A stretch of 64,000 nt of DNA, from assembly GCA_965221775.1 (NCBI GenBank), contig CBDCSU010000005.1, positions 1,280,001 through 1,344,000 of the forward strand, in the 5' to 3' direction. Positions 36,270 through 45,408 of this stretch are shown piece by piece. This DNA is from Candidatus Latescibacterota bacterium (GTDB taxonomy: Bacteria; Latescibacterota; UBA2968; UBA8231). The notes under the pieces are model-generated. The model was not told the DNA's origin and searched no databases. It saw nothing but the letters and a program-made list of their open reading frames with translations. The position numbers were made by a program, and so were the translations under genes. Numbering within the stretch: position 1 is the stretch's first letter; each line of letters begins with the position of its first letter.

Positions 36270-37202
36270 TCAGCTCTCTCCGAAGTAGACCTGCCGCGCC
36301 GTCTCCCCCAGCACCAGGGCCTGGTCCGCGGCGGGCAGGTGTTGCGTGTGCAGCCGCGCCAGGCGCAGCAGCTGCGCGTAGTTGAGGTGCGACAGCATCC
36401 CCGGCTGGTCGGTGCCCCACATGATCCGCTCCGCGCCGAGGCGCTCCAGGCCCTCCCGGAGCCACCGCGCCGCCGTGGGATAGGGGAACTCCTCAAGCCC
36501 GGCCAGGATAGCCGGAAAAGAGGCGAAGTCGAACCAGACGTTGGGCAGCTCGCCGAGGGCCAGCTGCTGGTCTCGGCGCCGGCGCAGCTCCGGGTCGGCC
36601 TCGTCGGCGAGCCGGGGGTGGGCCAGGTGGGTGATTACGACGCGCAGTCCCTCGTGCCCCTCGGCGATGGCCCTCACCGCCGACGTCTGGTAGGCCTCCT
36701 GCGCCGGCGGACCGAGGTCCAGGGTGAGGACCATGCCGCGCGCCTCCAGGGCCGGCCACAGCCAGCCCACCTCCTCGTCGTCGAGACGCGCCCCGGGGTG
36801 CACCCCCGTCAGCCCCGTCTCCTCGGAAAACTCGATCTTGCCAGCGGCGAAGGCCCCGCCTTCAACCTGCGCCTCGAAGTAAGGCCGGAACCCCGGCCGC
36901 CAGGGGTCGCACCACAGGGCGCCGACGAGCCGGTCCGGATTGGCGGCCACCGCCTCGGCCACGTAGCCGTCGCACTCCCCGTAGTAGGTCCCCTGGAGCA
37001 ACACGGCCCGCTCCACCCCCGCCCAGTCCAGGTTCGCCAGCAGCATCTCCGTGGTGAACTCGGTGCGCGGATTGAGGGGCGGCATGAGCTGCATCAGGCG
37101 CTCGCCCACCCGCATGCGGCCGTAGCCGCCGCCGCGCGTCGGGCCCTCCCGCACCTGGCCCCGCGGCTCCGGGAAGACGTGGCTGTGGGCGTCGACGATC
37201 AT
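36270..37202 (-). CDS. Amidohydrolase family 2
   Basis: DAHSH, VITHLAHP, IMWGTDQP. Confidence 0.9.
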   Translation of the reverse strand: MIVDAHSHVFPEPRGQVREGPTRGGGYGRMRVGERLMQLMPPLNPRTEFTTEMLLANLDWAGVERAVLLQGTYYGECDGYVAEAVAANPDRLVGALWCDPWRPGFRPYFEAQVEGGAFAAGKIEFSEETGLTGVHPGARLDDEEVGWLWPALEARGMVLTLDLGPPAQEAYQTSAVRAIAEGHEGLRVVITHLAHPRLADEADPELRRRRDQQLALGELPNVWFDFASFPAILAGLEEFPYPTAARWLREGLERLGAERIMWGTDQPGMLSHLNYAQLLRLARLHTQHLPAADQALVLGETARQVYFGES

Positions 37203-38035
37203 CAGCCGCGGGAGGGCTCGCCTCGCTCCCGACGCGCCTGCTCCGACAGGCCCGGCAGGTGGTCCTGGTTGGCCAGGGGCTGCTCCAGGTGGCGCATGCG
37301 CTCCGGGGTGGCGGTGTCGACCATGGCCGGTCCGTACACCGAGTCGGTGAGGAAGCGCGAGAAGTTGGCCACCTCCCGGCGCATGATGGGCAGCTCCTCC
37401 TCGGTGTGGCGCCGGGTGCAGTTCAGGGTGAACATGCGCCGCCGGTCGCCGCCGCCCCAGGCCGAGTGCTTGGTCCCCTGGTGGAAGACGACGACGTCGC
37501 CGGGCGACGTCTCCACCGCCACCGCCGGCACCTGGTCGCCGGCGACGCCCCAGGTCTCCTCGGACTCGCGCACGGCGGCCTGCAGCGCCTCGGCGTAGCC
37601 CTCGCCGTAGCGGTGGCTGCCCGGGATCACGCGGATGGCGCCGCTGTCGCGCGTCAGCCGGTCGAGGTAGAAGGCGATCTTGTAGTAGACGATGGGCCGC
37701 GGCCAGCCGCCGTCGGAGTGCCAGCCCGTGTCGCCCACGTAGTAGTTGCCGTCGCTGCCGAGGTAGACGTAGTCGTCGCCGAGCAGGCTGCCCAGGATGC
37801 CGTCGATGCGCGGGTCGTCGAGCAGGCTGGAGAGGTACTCGCTCTGCCCGGCGAAGGGCACGATGCAGGAGCGCGCCGTGCCGTCGTGAGGCCGGCCGTC
37901 GTGGCCGCCCCCGTGGCCCTCCCAGATCTCCTCGAAGGCGTCGATGACGGCCTCGATGCGGTCCTCGATGAGGCCGGGGAAGTGGAGGAACCCGAAGGTC
38001 TCCATGAAGTTGAGCTGCTGCGGTGTCAGTCGCAT
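37202..38035 (-). CDS. PhyH-family dioxygenase
   Basis: METFGFL, WHSD, VIPGSH, GDVVVFH..KHS. Confidence 0.88.
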   Translation of the reverse strand: MRLTPQQLNFMETFGFLHFPGLIEDRIEAVIDAFEEIWEGHGGGHDGRPHDGTARSCIVPFAGQSEYLSSLLDDPRIDGILGSLLGDDYVYLGSDGNYYVGDTGWHSDGGWPRPIVYYKIAFYLDRLTRDSGAIRVIPGSHRYGEGYAEALQAAVRESEETWGVAGDQVPAVAVETSPGDVVVFHQGTKHSAWGGGDRRRMFTLNCTRRHTEEELPIMRREVANFSRFLTDSVYGPAMVDTATPERMRHLEQPLANQDHLPGLSEQARRERGEPSRG

Positions 38036-38046
38036 GGGGTTCTCCT

Positions 38047-38802
38047 TCAGCGTTCGTACGCCTCGTCGCGGCCGCGGGCCTGCCGGCCCGTGCACAGGGC
38101 CTGCATCTGGGCCGGCATGCGCGCGAACGTCTCCGGCCAGACGGGTTGGTGGTTGTTCTCGACCCAGTTGTTGAACCACCTCGGGTAGTAGGCCACGTTG
38201 AGACCGACGCGCACGCTGGTCCCGGTGTTGGCCCGGGCCATGTGGCAGGCGCCGCCGTGCCACATGAGCAGGCTGCCGGCGGTGCCGGTCACGGTGCGCA
38301 CGAGGGGGCCGTCCACGTCGAGGTCGGGGGGCGGCGTCCGCAGGCCGGAGCGGTGGCTCATGGGCACCACCCCGGTGGCGCCGTTGTCGATGGTGAAGTC
38401 GGTGAGCATCCAGATGGAGTTGATCATCCACGGCACCCCGGGCAGCTCGTGGAAGTGCCCGGACGAGTCGACGTGCAGGGGCTGGTGGGGAGCGCCCGGC
38501 CAGGTCGGCTTGGAGCACGCCTCCACCACGCGGCAGCGCGGCCCCAGGAAGTGGCGGGCCACGGCCACCGCCGCCGGATGGAAGGCCAGCTGCCAGGTGC
38601 GGTCGTCGAGGTTGAGCATGCCGAAGAGGGTCTGGTAGTGCTCGTCGCCGACGACGTATTCCTGGCAGCGCTCCTCGGCGTGCAGCTCCAGGCAGCGCTC
38701 CGCCAGGCCGCGGGCCAGCTCGCCGGGCACCAGGCCGGGGAGCAGGCAGTAGCCGTAGGTGTCGAGGTGCTCGATCGCCTCGGAGGTGTCGGGCGCGGTC
38801 AT
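38047..38802 (-). CDS. PhyH-family dioxygenase
   Basis: LHVD, DFTIDNGAT..PMSH, WHGGACH..N..R. Confidence 0.88.
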   Translation of the reverse strand: MTAPDTSEAIEHLDTYGYCLLPGLVPGELARGLAERCLELHAEERCQEYVVGDEHYQTLFGMLNLDDRTWQLAFHPAAVAVARHFLGPRCRVVEACSKPTWPGAPHQPLHVDSSGHFHELPGVPWMINSIWMLTDFTIDNGATGVVPMSHRSGLRTPPPDLDVDGPLVRTVTGTAGSLLMWHGGACHMARANTGTSVRVGLNVAYYPRWFNNWVENNHQPVWPETFARMPAQMQALCTGRQARGRDEAYER

Positions 38803-38971
38803 GGCGCGAGGGTAGTCAACGGCGCGAGTCTTCGGCAAGGGACCGCGCCGGGCAGGACGCGAACCAACGCGGGCGGCGGGATCAGCGTGTGCATCACTCT
38901 GCAGGGCTTTTGCCGATCGGGGTGAGGCGGGGTATCGTGAGGCCGGCGGACACGCGAAGCGAAGAATAGCC

Positions 38972-39922
38972 ATGAGCCTCACGAGCCGACAGCGGCAGCA
39001 CTACCAAGAGCACGGATACGTCGTGGTCAGAGGCGGCCTGACCGCCGCCGACCTGGCCCCGGTGATCGCGGACTACGAGCGCTTCATCGACGGCGAGGCG
39101 CGGCGCCTGCACGCGGCCGGCGTCCTGCCGCGGCTGTGGGAGGAGGAGCCCTTCCACCGCCGCCTCGCCCGGATCTGCGAGCACGAGACCAGCATCTACG
39201 ACCGCATCGACCTGATGTACTGCCGGCTGCGGGGCGTCTTCGAGTTCCTGCGCAACGAGCGGTTGCTCGACCTGGTGGAAGGGATCGTCGGGCCCGAGAT
39301 CACATGCAGCCCCATCCAGCACGCCCGGGCCAAGCTCCCCGGGTCGCTGCGCCCGGCCGCGGACGGCGAGGAGGCCCGCCGGAAGCGGGATGCCATGGTG
39401 GGCGAGAACGTGGCTCCCTGGCACCAGGACGCCCAGGTGCACCTGGAGGCCGCCGACCCGCACGCCATCGTCACCGTGTGGGTCCCGCTGGTGGACGCCA
39501 CCCCGGCCAACGGCTGCCTGCAGGTTATCCCCGGCGTGCACCATCGGCGCCGCGTCTACTGGAGCGACGGCTTCGGCGTCAGCGACGAGCACCTGCCCGA
39601 GGGCGGGGCCGTCACCCTGCCCATGGCCGCCGGCGACGTGCTGCTCATGGACAAGCTGATCCCGCACCGCTCCACGCCGAACCGCACCGGCGGCATCCGC
39701 TGGAGCCTCGACCTGCGCTACCAGCGCGCCGGCACCCCCACCGGCCGCGACGACTACCCGGCCTTCATCGCCCGCAGCCGCGCCTGTCCGGCGTCGGAGC
39801 TGACCGACTTCGAGCAGTGGCGCCGCGAGTGGGCGGCGGCCCTGGAGCGGATCCCCCTGGACCATCGGCCGCGGCGCCGGGACCGCCCCACCGAGCCGCG
39901 GGTCATCGAGATCCAGCCGTGA
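38972..39922 (+). CDS. PhyH-family dioxygenase
   Basis: WHQD, NGCLQVIPG, HRSTPN..RWSLDLRY. Confidence 0.9.
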   Translation: MSLTSRQRQHYQEHGYVVVRGGLTAADLAPVIADYERFIDGEARRLHAAGVLPRLWEEEPFHRRLARICEHETSIYDRIDLMYCRLRGVFEFLRNERLLDLVEGIVGPEITCSPIQHARAKLPGSLRPAADGEEARRKRDAMVGENVAPWHQDAQVHLEAADPHAIVTVWVPLVDATPANGCLQVIPGVHHRRRVYWSDGFGVSDEHLPEGGAVTLPMAAGDVLLMDKLIPHRSTPNRTGGIRWSLDLRYQRAGTPTGRDDYPAFIARSRACPASELTDFEQWRREWAAALERIPLDHRPRRRDRPTEPRVIEIQP

Positions 39923-40572
39923 GCGCGGCCCTCCTGCTGCTGATCTCCGGCTCCTTCGAGTACGACTCGGAGGAGTCCCTCGTCATCCTGCGGGACTACC
40001 TGCTGGCCAACTCGCGCTGGTCCTGCGAGCTGCTGGTCTACCGGAGCGAGGACGACGAGGTCTCCCTCGAGCCGCTGGAGAGCGCCGACGCCGTGGTGCT
40101 CTTCACGCGCCGGCTGCGCACGGCCGGCGCCGAGCTGGAACACTTCCGGCGCTACTGCCGGGACGGCCGGCCCGTGGTCGGCCTGCGCACGGCCAGCCAC
40201 GCCTTCCAGCACTGGCTCGAGTTCGACGCGCAGGTCCTCGGCGGCAACTACGAGGGGCACTTCGGCGCGGGGGCCGTGACACGGGTGACCGTGGCCGACG
40301 GCGCCGAGGGCCACCCGGTCCTGGAGGAGGTGGAGCCCTTCGAGGCGTACGGATCCCTCTACCGGAACACGCCCCTCGCGGCGGACACCACCCCCCTGCT
40401 CATCGGCCGGGAGGGAGAGCACTGCGAGCCGGTGGCCTGGACCTGCGAGCGCGCCGGACGGGCGTTCTACACCTCCCTCGGCCACCAGCGCGACTTCTGG
40501 GAGCTGGACTTCCTGCGCCTGGTGCGCAACGGCATCGCCTGGGCCCTCGATCAGGCGAGCACGCCCCGGTAG
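39919..40572 (+). CDS. ThuA-like (class I glutamine amidotransferase fold) protein
   Basis: FTRR, GLRTASHAF, PVAWT, FYTSLGH; GTGA overlap. Confidence 0.8.
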   Translation: MSAALLLLISGSFEYDSEESLVILRDYLLANSRWSCELLVYRSEDDEVSLEPLESADAVVLFTRRLRTAGAELEHFRRYCRDGRPVVGLRTASHAFQHWLEFDAQVLGGNYEGHFGAGAVTRVTVADGAEGHPVLEEVEPFEAYGSLYRNTPLAADTTPLLIGREGEHCEPVAWTCERAGRAFYTSLGHQRDFWELDFLRLVRNGIAWALDQASTPR

Positions 40573-41798
40573 ATCCGCTCCGCGTCCGCCGCCGTCACCT
40601 CCACCGGGTTCGGGTCGAGGAGGCGGCGCACCTGCAGGGCCACCTCGACCATGCGCGGCAGGTCGTCCTCGCCGAGGCCGGCGTCGGCCAGGGTGGCGAA
40701 GGGGGTGTGGCGGCGGCGCACGCCATCGATCCAGCCGGCGGCAAGGCGCGCGCCCTCCTCGCGGCTCTTGCCCGCCAGGTCCAGCCCGGCGGCGCCGGCG
40801 GCGTAGTAGTACTTGTCGGCCGCCGCCGGGGCGTTGTGCTCCATCACCCCCGGCAGGACCAGGGCCACCGCCGTGCCGTGGGGCACGGGACGGCCCTTCT
40901 CGTGGGAGAGCTTCTCGATGCCGTAGCCGAGGGCGTGGGCGGCGCCGGTGTTGATCGGGCTCAGCAGCAGGCCGGCCAGCAGGCTGCAGCGGCACATCTG
41001 GAGGCGCGCCTCGGGGTCGGCGGCGCCGTTGGCGATGGCCCGAAGCAGGTGGGGCATCCCCGCCGCCAGGGAGGCGCGGGCCACGGCGTCGCCCAGGGGG
41101 CCGCTCTTCTTCGAGGCCGTGCACTCCAGGGCGTGACCGAGGGCGTCGAGACCGGTGGTAGCCGTCAGGGCCGGGGGCATGTCCGCCGACAGGCGCGGGT
41201 CGACGATGGCGCCGGCGGGGTGGAGGTGCTCGGAGTAGACGGCCTGCTTGCCACCCTCGGCGACGACCACGGAGACGCAGCTCGCCTCGGCGCCGGTGCC
41301 GGCGGTGGTGGGCAGGCAGATCAGCGGCTGCAACGGCCCCCGCTCGAAGAGGTCGAAGCCGAAGTAGGCGGCGGTAGACCCGCCGTTGGCGGCCACGCAC
41401 AGACCGACCTTGGCGGTGTCCATGGTGCTGCCGCCGCCGATGGCGACCACCGCCTCGGCGCCGCTGCGGTCAGCTGCTTCGGCCAGGGCGTCGACGGAGG
41501 CCACCGTCGGGTTGGGCACGATCCCGGTAAAGGTGGCGGCCACGCGCAGGCCGGCCTCCTCCAGCCCCTTCACCACCGACGCCGCCACCGCCTCCAGGGC
41601 GGCGTCGCGGACGACCATCACCGACCCGGCGCCGAGGCGCCGGCACTCCTCCGGCAACCGCGCCGCCGCCCCCTCCCCGAGCAGCAGCCGCCGCCGCTCG
41701 AAGCGGAACATCTCCCTCATCTCCCCCCTCCGCCCGGGGGCGGCGAAGTACTCCTCGGGCTCCAGCAACTGCTCGTTCACCAGCGGTTCCGTGCTCAC
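40551..41798 (-). CDS. Iron-containing alcohol dehydrogenase
   Basis: GGGSTMDTAK, PTTAGTGAE, DALGHALE, AHAL..PHG. Confidence 0.9.
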   Translation of the reverse strand: MSTEPLVNEQLLEPEEYFAAPGRRGEMREMFRFERRRLLLGEGAAARLPEECRRLGAGSVMVVRDAALEAVAASVVKGLEEAGLRVAATFTGIVPNPTVASVDALAEAADRSGAEAVVAIGGGSTMDTAKVGLCVAANGGSTAAYFGFDLFERGPLQPLICLPTTAGTGAEASCVSVVVAEGGKQAVYSEHLHPAGAIVDPRLSADMPPALTATTGLDALGHALECTASKKSGPLGDAVARASLAAGMPHLLRAIANGAADPEARLQMCRCSLLAGLLLSPINTGAAHALGYGIEKLSHEKGRPVPHGTAVALVLPGVMEHNAPAAADKYYYAAGAAGLDLAGKSREEGARLAAGWIDGVRRRHTPFATLADAGLGEDDLPRMVEVALQVRRLLDPNPVEVTAADAERIYRGVLA

Positions 41799-41871
41799 CT
41801 TCCTCCTCCTTTCCCTGCCGATCCCCGGCGCCTATACTCGCCGTGCTCACCCCCTCGCAGGAGCTGACCCC

Positions 41872-42627
41872 ATGACCGTCACCACCACCGACTTGGCCGC
41901 CGCCTATCAGCGCGACGGCTTCGTCACCCGCCTCGACATCTTCACCGAGCCCGAGATCGCCGCCTTCCGGGACCAGTTCGACGAGCTCGAGGCCCGCGAA
42001 GGCCGGGAGAAGTGCCAGATCGGCCTCCAGGGCCGCCACTTCGACGACGAGTTCATCTGGCAGATGGCCTCAGACCCCCGCATCGTCGAATCGATGGCCG
42101 CCTGCATGGGCGGCGACATCATGCTGCTGTCCACCCACTTCTTCTGCAAGTACCCCGACCCCGACTCGACGAAGTTCGTCGCCTGGCACCAGGACATCAC
42201 CTACTGGGGGCTGGAGCCGCCCGAGGCCCACACCGCCTGGATCGCCGTGGACGACGCCGACGTGGAGAACGGCTGCATGCAGGTCATCCCCGGCTCCCAC
42301 CGCGACGGCATCGCCGAGCACGGCACCGCGGAGCGCGGCGGCAACCTGCTGAGCATCAACCAGGAGATCCCCGACGAGCTGGTCGACTCCAGCCAGGCCG
42401 TGCCGCTGGAGCTGAGGGCCGGGCAGATCTCCATCCACAACGGCCAGCTCTTCCACGCCAGCCAGCCGAACAACTCGCAGCGGCGGCGCTGCGGCCTCAC
42501 GGTGCGCTACATCCCGCCCGAGGCGCGCCAGGTGCGCCCCAACTCGGTGGGCCTCTCGTGGCGGCCGGTCCTGCTGCGGGGCGAGGACGCCTTCCACCAC
42601 TACCCCGACACGCCGGCACCCTTCTGA
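41872..42627 (+). CDS. PhyH-family dioxygenase
   Basis: WHQDITYW, ENGCMQVIPGSH, HASQPN..RRCGLT. Confidence 0.9.
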   Translation: MTVTTTDLAAAYQRDGFVTRLDIFTEPEIAAFRDQFDELEAREGREKCQIGLQGRHFDDEFIWQMASDPRIVESMAACMGGDIMLLSTHFFCKYPDPDSTKFVAWHQDITYWGLEPPEAHTAWIAVDDADVENGCMQVIPGSHRDGIAEHGTAERGGNLLSINQEIPDELVDSSQAVPLELRAGQISIHNGQLFHASQPNNSQRRRCGLTVRYIPPEARQVRPNSVGLSWRPVLLRGEDAFHHYPDTPAPF

Positions 42628-43595
42628 TGGCACGCTACGACCGCATGACCGTCCTCGGCGCCATGGGCGACATCGGCGTCGTGCCCGTGTTCTACAACAA
42701 GGACCCGCAGACCGCCATCGACATCATCAAGGCCTGCGCCGACGGCGGCGCCCGCTGCGTCGAGTTCACCAACCGCGGCGACCTGGCGTGGAAGGTCTTC
42801 GTCGAGGCCATGGAGCGCATCGTGGCCGAGGACCTGGACATCATCCTGGGAGTGGGATCCATCGTCGACGCGCCCACGGCGGGCCTCTACATCTCCAGCG
42901 GCGCCGACTTCGTCGTCGGCCCCCTCCTCAACCCCGAGGTCGCCCGCCTCTGCAACCGCCGCAAGATCGCCTACTCCCCCGGCTGCGGCACCGTCTCCGA
43001 GATCGCCCAGGCCGAGGAGTTGGGGGTGGAGATCGTCAAGGTCTTCCCCGCCGGCGAGGTGGGGGGCCCTGCCTTCGTCAAGTCCGTCCTCGGCCCCTGC
43101 CCGTGGACGCGCATCATGCCCACCGGCGGCGTCGACGCCACCCGCGAGAGCCTGGAGGCCTGGTTCGCCGCCGGCGTCGCCTGCGTCGGCATCGGCTCCA
43201 ACCTGGTGACGCGGGAGATCGTGGCCAGCGGCGACTACGCCGGCCTCACGGCCAGGGTGAGGCAGGTCGTCGCCTGGATCGAGGAGATCCGCGCCGGCCT
43301 CGGCCAGCAGCCCTCCCCGCGATCGTTGAACGCGAAGGGGACGGATACGCAACAGGGGACGATCACATTACAGGCTTCGGAGGACATTGCCGCGGTCATA
43401 GAGTACTGTCGGCGGAGAGGAGGTCGGCCGCTCAATGAGGTCGTGCGCGAAGCCTTCAAGAAGGTTGCCGATGGCCGGGGACTTAAGTCCCCTGGAACGA
43501 TTGAGGATTCGTGTACCCGCCGCATTGGACTAACAGGTCCAGGTGCATTCGACCGCTTCGTGGGTATGGTTGGGGATAGACTCGGTAGTGACTAA
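42627..43595 (+). CDS. eda: KHG/KDPG aldolase with an unrelated C-terminal extension of about 95 aa
   Basis: VEFTNRG, GVGSI, VKVFP, MPTGGV; aldolase homology ends near 43300. Confidence 0.85.
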   Translation: MARYDRMTVLGAMGDIGVVPVFYNKDPQTAIDIIKACADGGARCVEFTNRGDLAWKVFVEAMERIVAEDLDIILGVGSIVDAPTAGLYISSGADFVVGPLLNPEVARLCNRRKIAYSPGCGTVSEIAQAEELGVEIVKVFPAGEVGGPAFVKSVLGPCPWTRIMPTGGVDATRESLEAWFAAGVACVGIGSNLVTREIVASGDYAGLTARVRQVVAWIEEIRAGLGQQPSPRSLNAKGTDTQQGTITLQASEDIAAVIEYCRRRGGRPLNEVVREAFKKVADGRGLKSPGTIEDSCTRRIGLTGPGAFDRFVGMVGDRLGSD

Positions 43596-43670
43596 CCCTC
43601 TCCCACCCTGCAGGAGATGGCATGACCAGACAGCTGACCGCGATCGTTGAACGCGAAGGGGATGGATACG
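43317..43670 (+). repeat. 33-bp direct repeat (43317-43349 and 43638-43670)
   Basis: CCGCGATCGTTGAACGCGAAGGGGAYGGATACG, one mismatch. Confidence 0.9.
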
Positions 43671-43810
43671 TCGCCCTGTGCCCCGAACGGGACATCGCCA
43701 GCCAGGGCGACACCGTGGCCGAAGCGCGGGACAACTGCGCCGCGAGGTCTACGTGACCCAGGTCGAGATCGCCGTTGGCTGAGTTGCGTGCTCTGTCGGG
43801 ACGTGGGGGC
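43622..43810 (+). pseudogene. Broken hicB-hicA toxin-antitoxin pair
   Basis: MTRQLTAIVEREGDGYVALCPERDIASQGDTVAEARDN, frameshifted tail REVYVTQVEIAVG-stop at 43782, then HicA-like start MAELRALSGR that breaks off. Confidence 0.8.
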
Positions 43811-43977
43811 CGAGCGGTGAGGAGGTCGCCCGGCCCCGGACGACGCCAGGACGTCGTACAACGACGGCCGAAGCTGATCGACCGTGAACTCGCCGTCTGC
43901 GTCCGGGACCCGCTCCTTGGCGTCCCGGATCGCGACCAACCAGATCGTGGCTCCCACCTTGCAGGAACGGCGGGTGT

Positions 43978-44205
43978 TCATCTGTGGGCCTTTGCGTCTC
44001 CCCAGACAGCTCGAGTGACGGCGGTCACGTCATCCTCGGTCCTCTCGGAGAAGGTCGCCGTCATCGTGACCTGCTCGGGGCAGAAGTCGGCGCAGCCCGG
44101 CGTGAGGAGTGCGGTGGCGTCGGCTTGCCATGTGTCCACGAGGGGAGAAGCCAGGATCCCAGTGGGCAGGCAGCAGGCGACGAACAGGGGCAGGAGCTTC
44201 TTCAT
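43978..44205 (-). CDS. 75-aa signal-peptide protein (possibly internally deleted) with a TAV..WG.AK tail
   Basis: RBS GGAGG, MKKLLPLFVACCLPTGILA signal, C-terminus TAVTRAVWGDAKAHR. Confidence 0.6.
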   Translation of the reverse strand: MKKLLPLFVACCLPTGILASPLVDTWQADATALLTPGCADFCPEQVTMTATFSERTEDDVTAVTRAVWGDAKAHR

Positions 44206-44515
44206 GGGAGCCTCCCTATTTGGAAGAGAAAACGATTGGCCGGGCTCTCCGTCTACGCATCGGCGCTCTCGACAGCCGTCCAAGCGAGAGTCATCCACAC
44301 CGCGTCCGGCGCCGAGGGCGCCTACTGCGCTGGCGGTCCCGGAGAGTAGAACCACCAGCGTCCGGCTCAGGGCTCGGGGAATCATCGGGCTCTCACCGGG
44401 AGCGCCCACGCCGTGACAGCGATCACCATCGCCAATAGCATCAACAACTCCTCCCTTGGCCCCATTCAACCCTTGTCTTGTGAAGAAGATCGCAACGGAC
44501 ACAGCGTGGCCGGTA

Positions 44516-44579
44516 TCACCTGATCGGGTGATTCCTGGTCACCCGATCGGGTGATTTTTCGTCACCTGATCGGGTGATT
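44516..44579. promoter_or_regulatory. Three tandem palindromes TCACCYGATCGGGTGATT with a 23-bp period
   Basis: Copies at 44516, 44539 and 44562; the middle core is a perfect 16-bp palindrome. Confidence 0.85.
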
Positions 44580-44767
44580 GCGATCTGCCTCCCGATGACC
44601 GCGCACCAAGGGGATCTTCCCTCACCGAGTGGGAGACGGGCATCCACCAGCTTCGCCGCCAGCCGGAAACCTGGTGCGGCTTGGCCTGCAGTCGCCCGTG
44701 GTGCTGGCCGTGCTCTCGTGGGGATGGCGGGACCGGGAGCCAGGAGCCCCCGGGCGCCGAAGGGGAA

Positions 44768-45397
44768 TTACAGCGAGGTGAGCCCTGTCCTGATGGCGTA
44801 CTTGGTCAACTCGGCGATGCTGTGCCTGTCGAGCTTGTGCATGATGTGCTGGCGGTGGGTGTGTATGGTATTCTCGCTCAGGTTCAGGGCCTCGCCGATC
44901 TCCCGAGTCGTCCTGCCCTCGCTGATGAGCCGCACCACCTCGCGCTCTCGCTCCGACAGTTCCGCCTCCCCGGCCAGGCTCTGCACGTGGTCGTACACGG
45001 CTCCGGCCAGTTCCGGGCTCAGGTAGGTGCGGCCGGCCAGGGCCGACCGGATCGCCTTCAGCAACTCGACGGCGGCCTCCTCTTTCAGCACGTACGCCGA
45101 GGCGCCCGCCTCCAGCATGCCGGCCACGTATTGCTGGTCGGCGTGGACCGACAGGGCCACCACCTTCACCCCCGGGGCGTGGGCCAGCACCTGCCTCGTC
45201 GCTTCGACTCCGCTCAGATCCGGGAGGGCGACGTCCATGACCACAACCTCCGGCTTGCATGCGGCCATCACCTCGATCGCCTGCCGGGCGGTCTCCGCCT
45301 CGCCGACTACCTCGAACTCGCTGTCCTTGGCGAAGAGCGCGCGCAGCCCGTCGCGCACCAGCTCGTGATCATCCACCAGCGCCACGCGCGTCGTCAT
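44768..45397 (-). CDS. NarL/LuxR-family response regulator
   Basis: LVDDH, VVMDVALP, YVLK, LSEREREV..HRQHIMHKL. Confidence 0.93.
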   Translation of the reverse strand: MTTRVALVDDHELVRDGLRALFAKDSEFEVVGEAETARQAIEVMAACKPEVVVMDVALPDLSGVEATRQVLAHAPGVKVVALSVHADQQYVAGMLEAGASAYVLKEEAAVELLKAIRSALAGRTYLSPELAGAVYDHVQSLAGEAELSEREREVVRLISEGRTTREIGEALNLSENTIHTHRQHIMHKLDRHSIAELTKYAIRTGLTSL

Positions 45398-45408
45398 CGA
45401 GAGCCTCT

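Noticed and set aside
35663-36654. Diverged repeat pair as a DGR template/variable region
   Set aside because: It contains indels and non-adenine substitutions, lies mid-gene in an enzyme, and there is no reverse transcriptase in the window.
44516-44579. Palindromic repeats as a mini CRISPR array
   Set aside because: The 18-bp units are separated by only 5 bp, there are no spacer-length sequences and no cas genes in the window.
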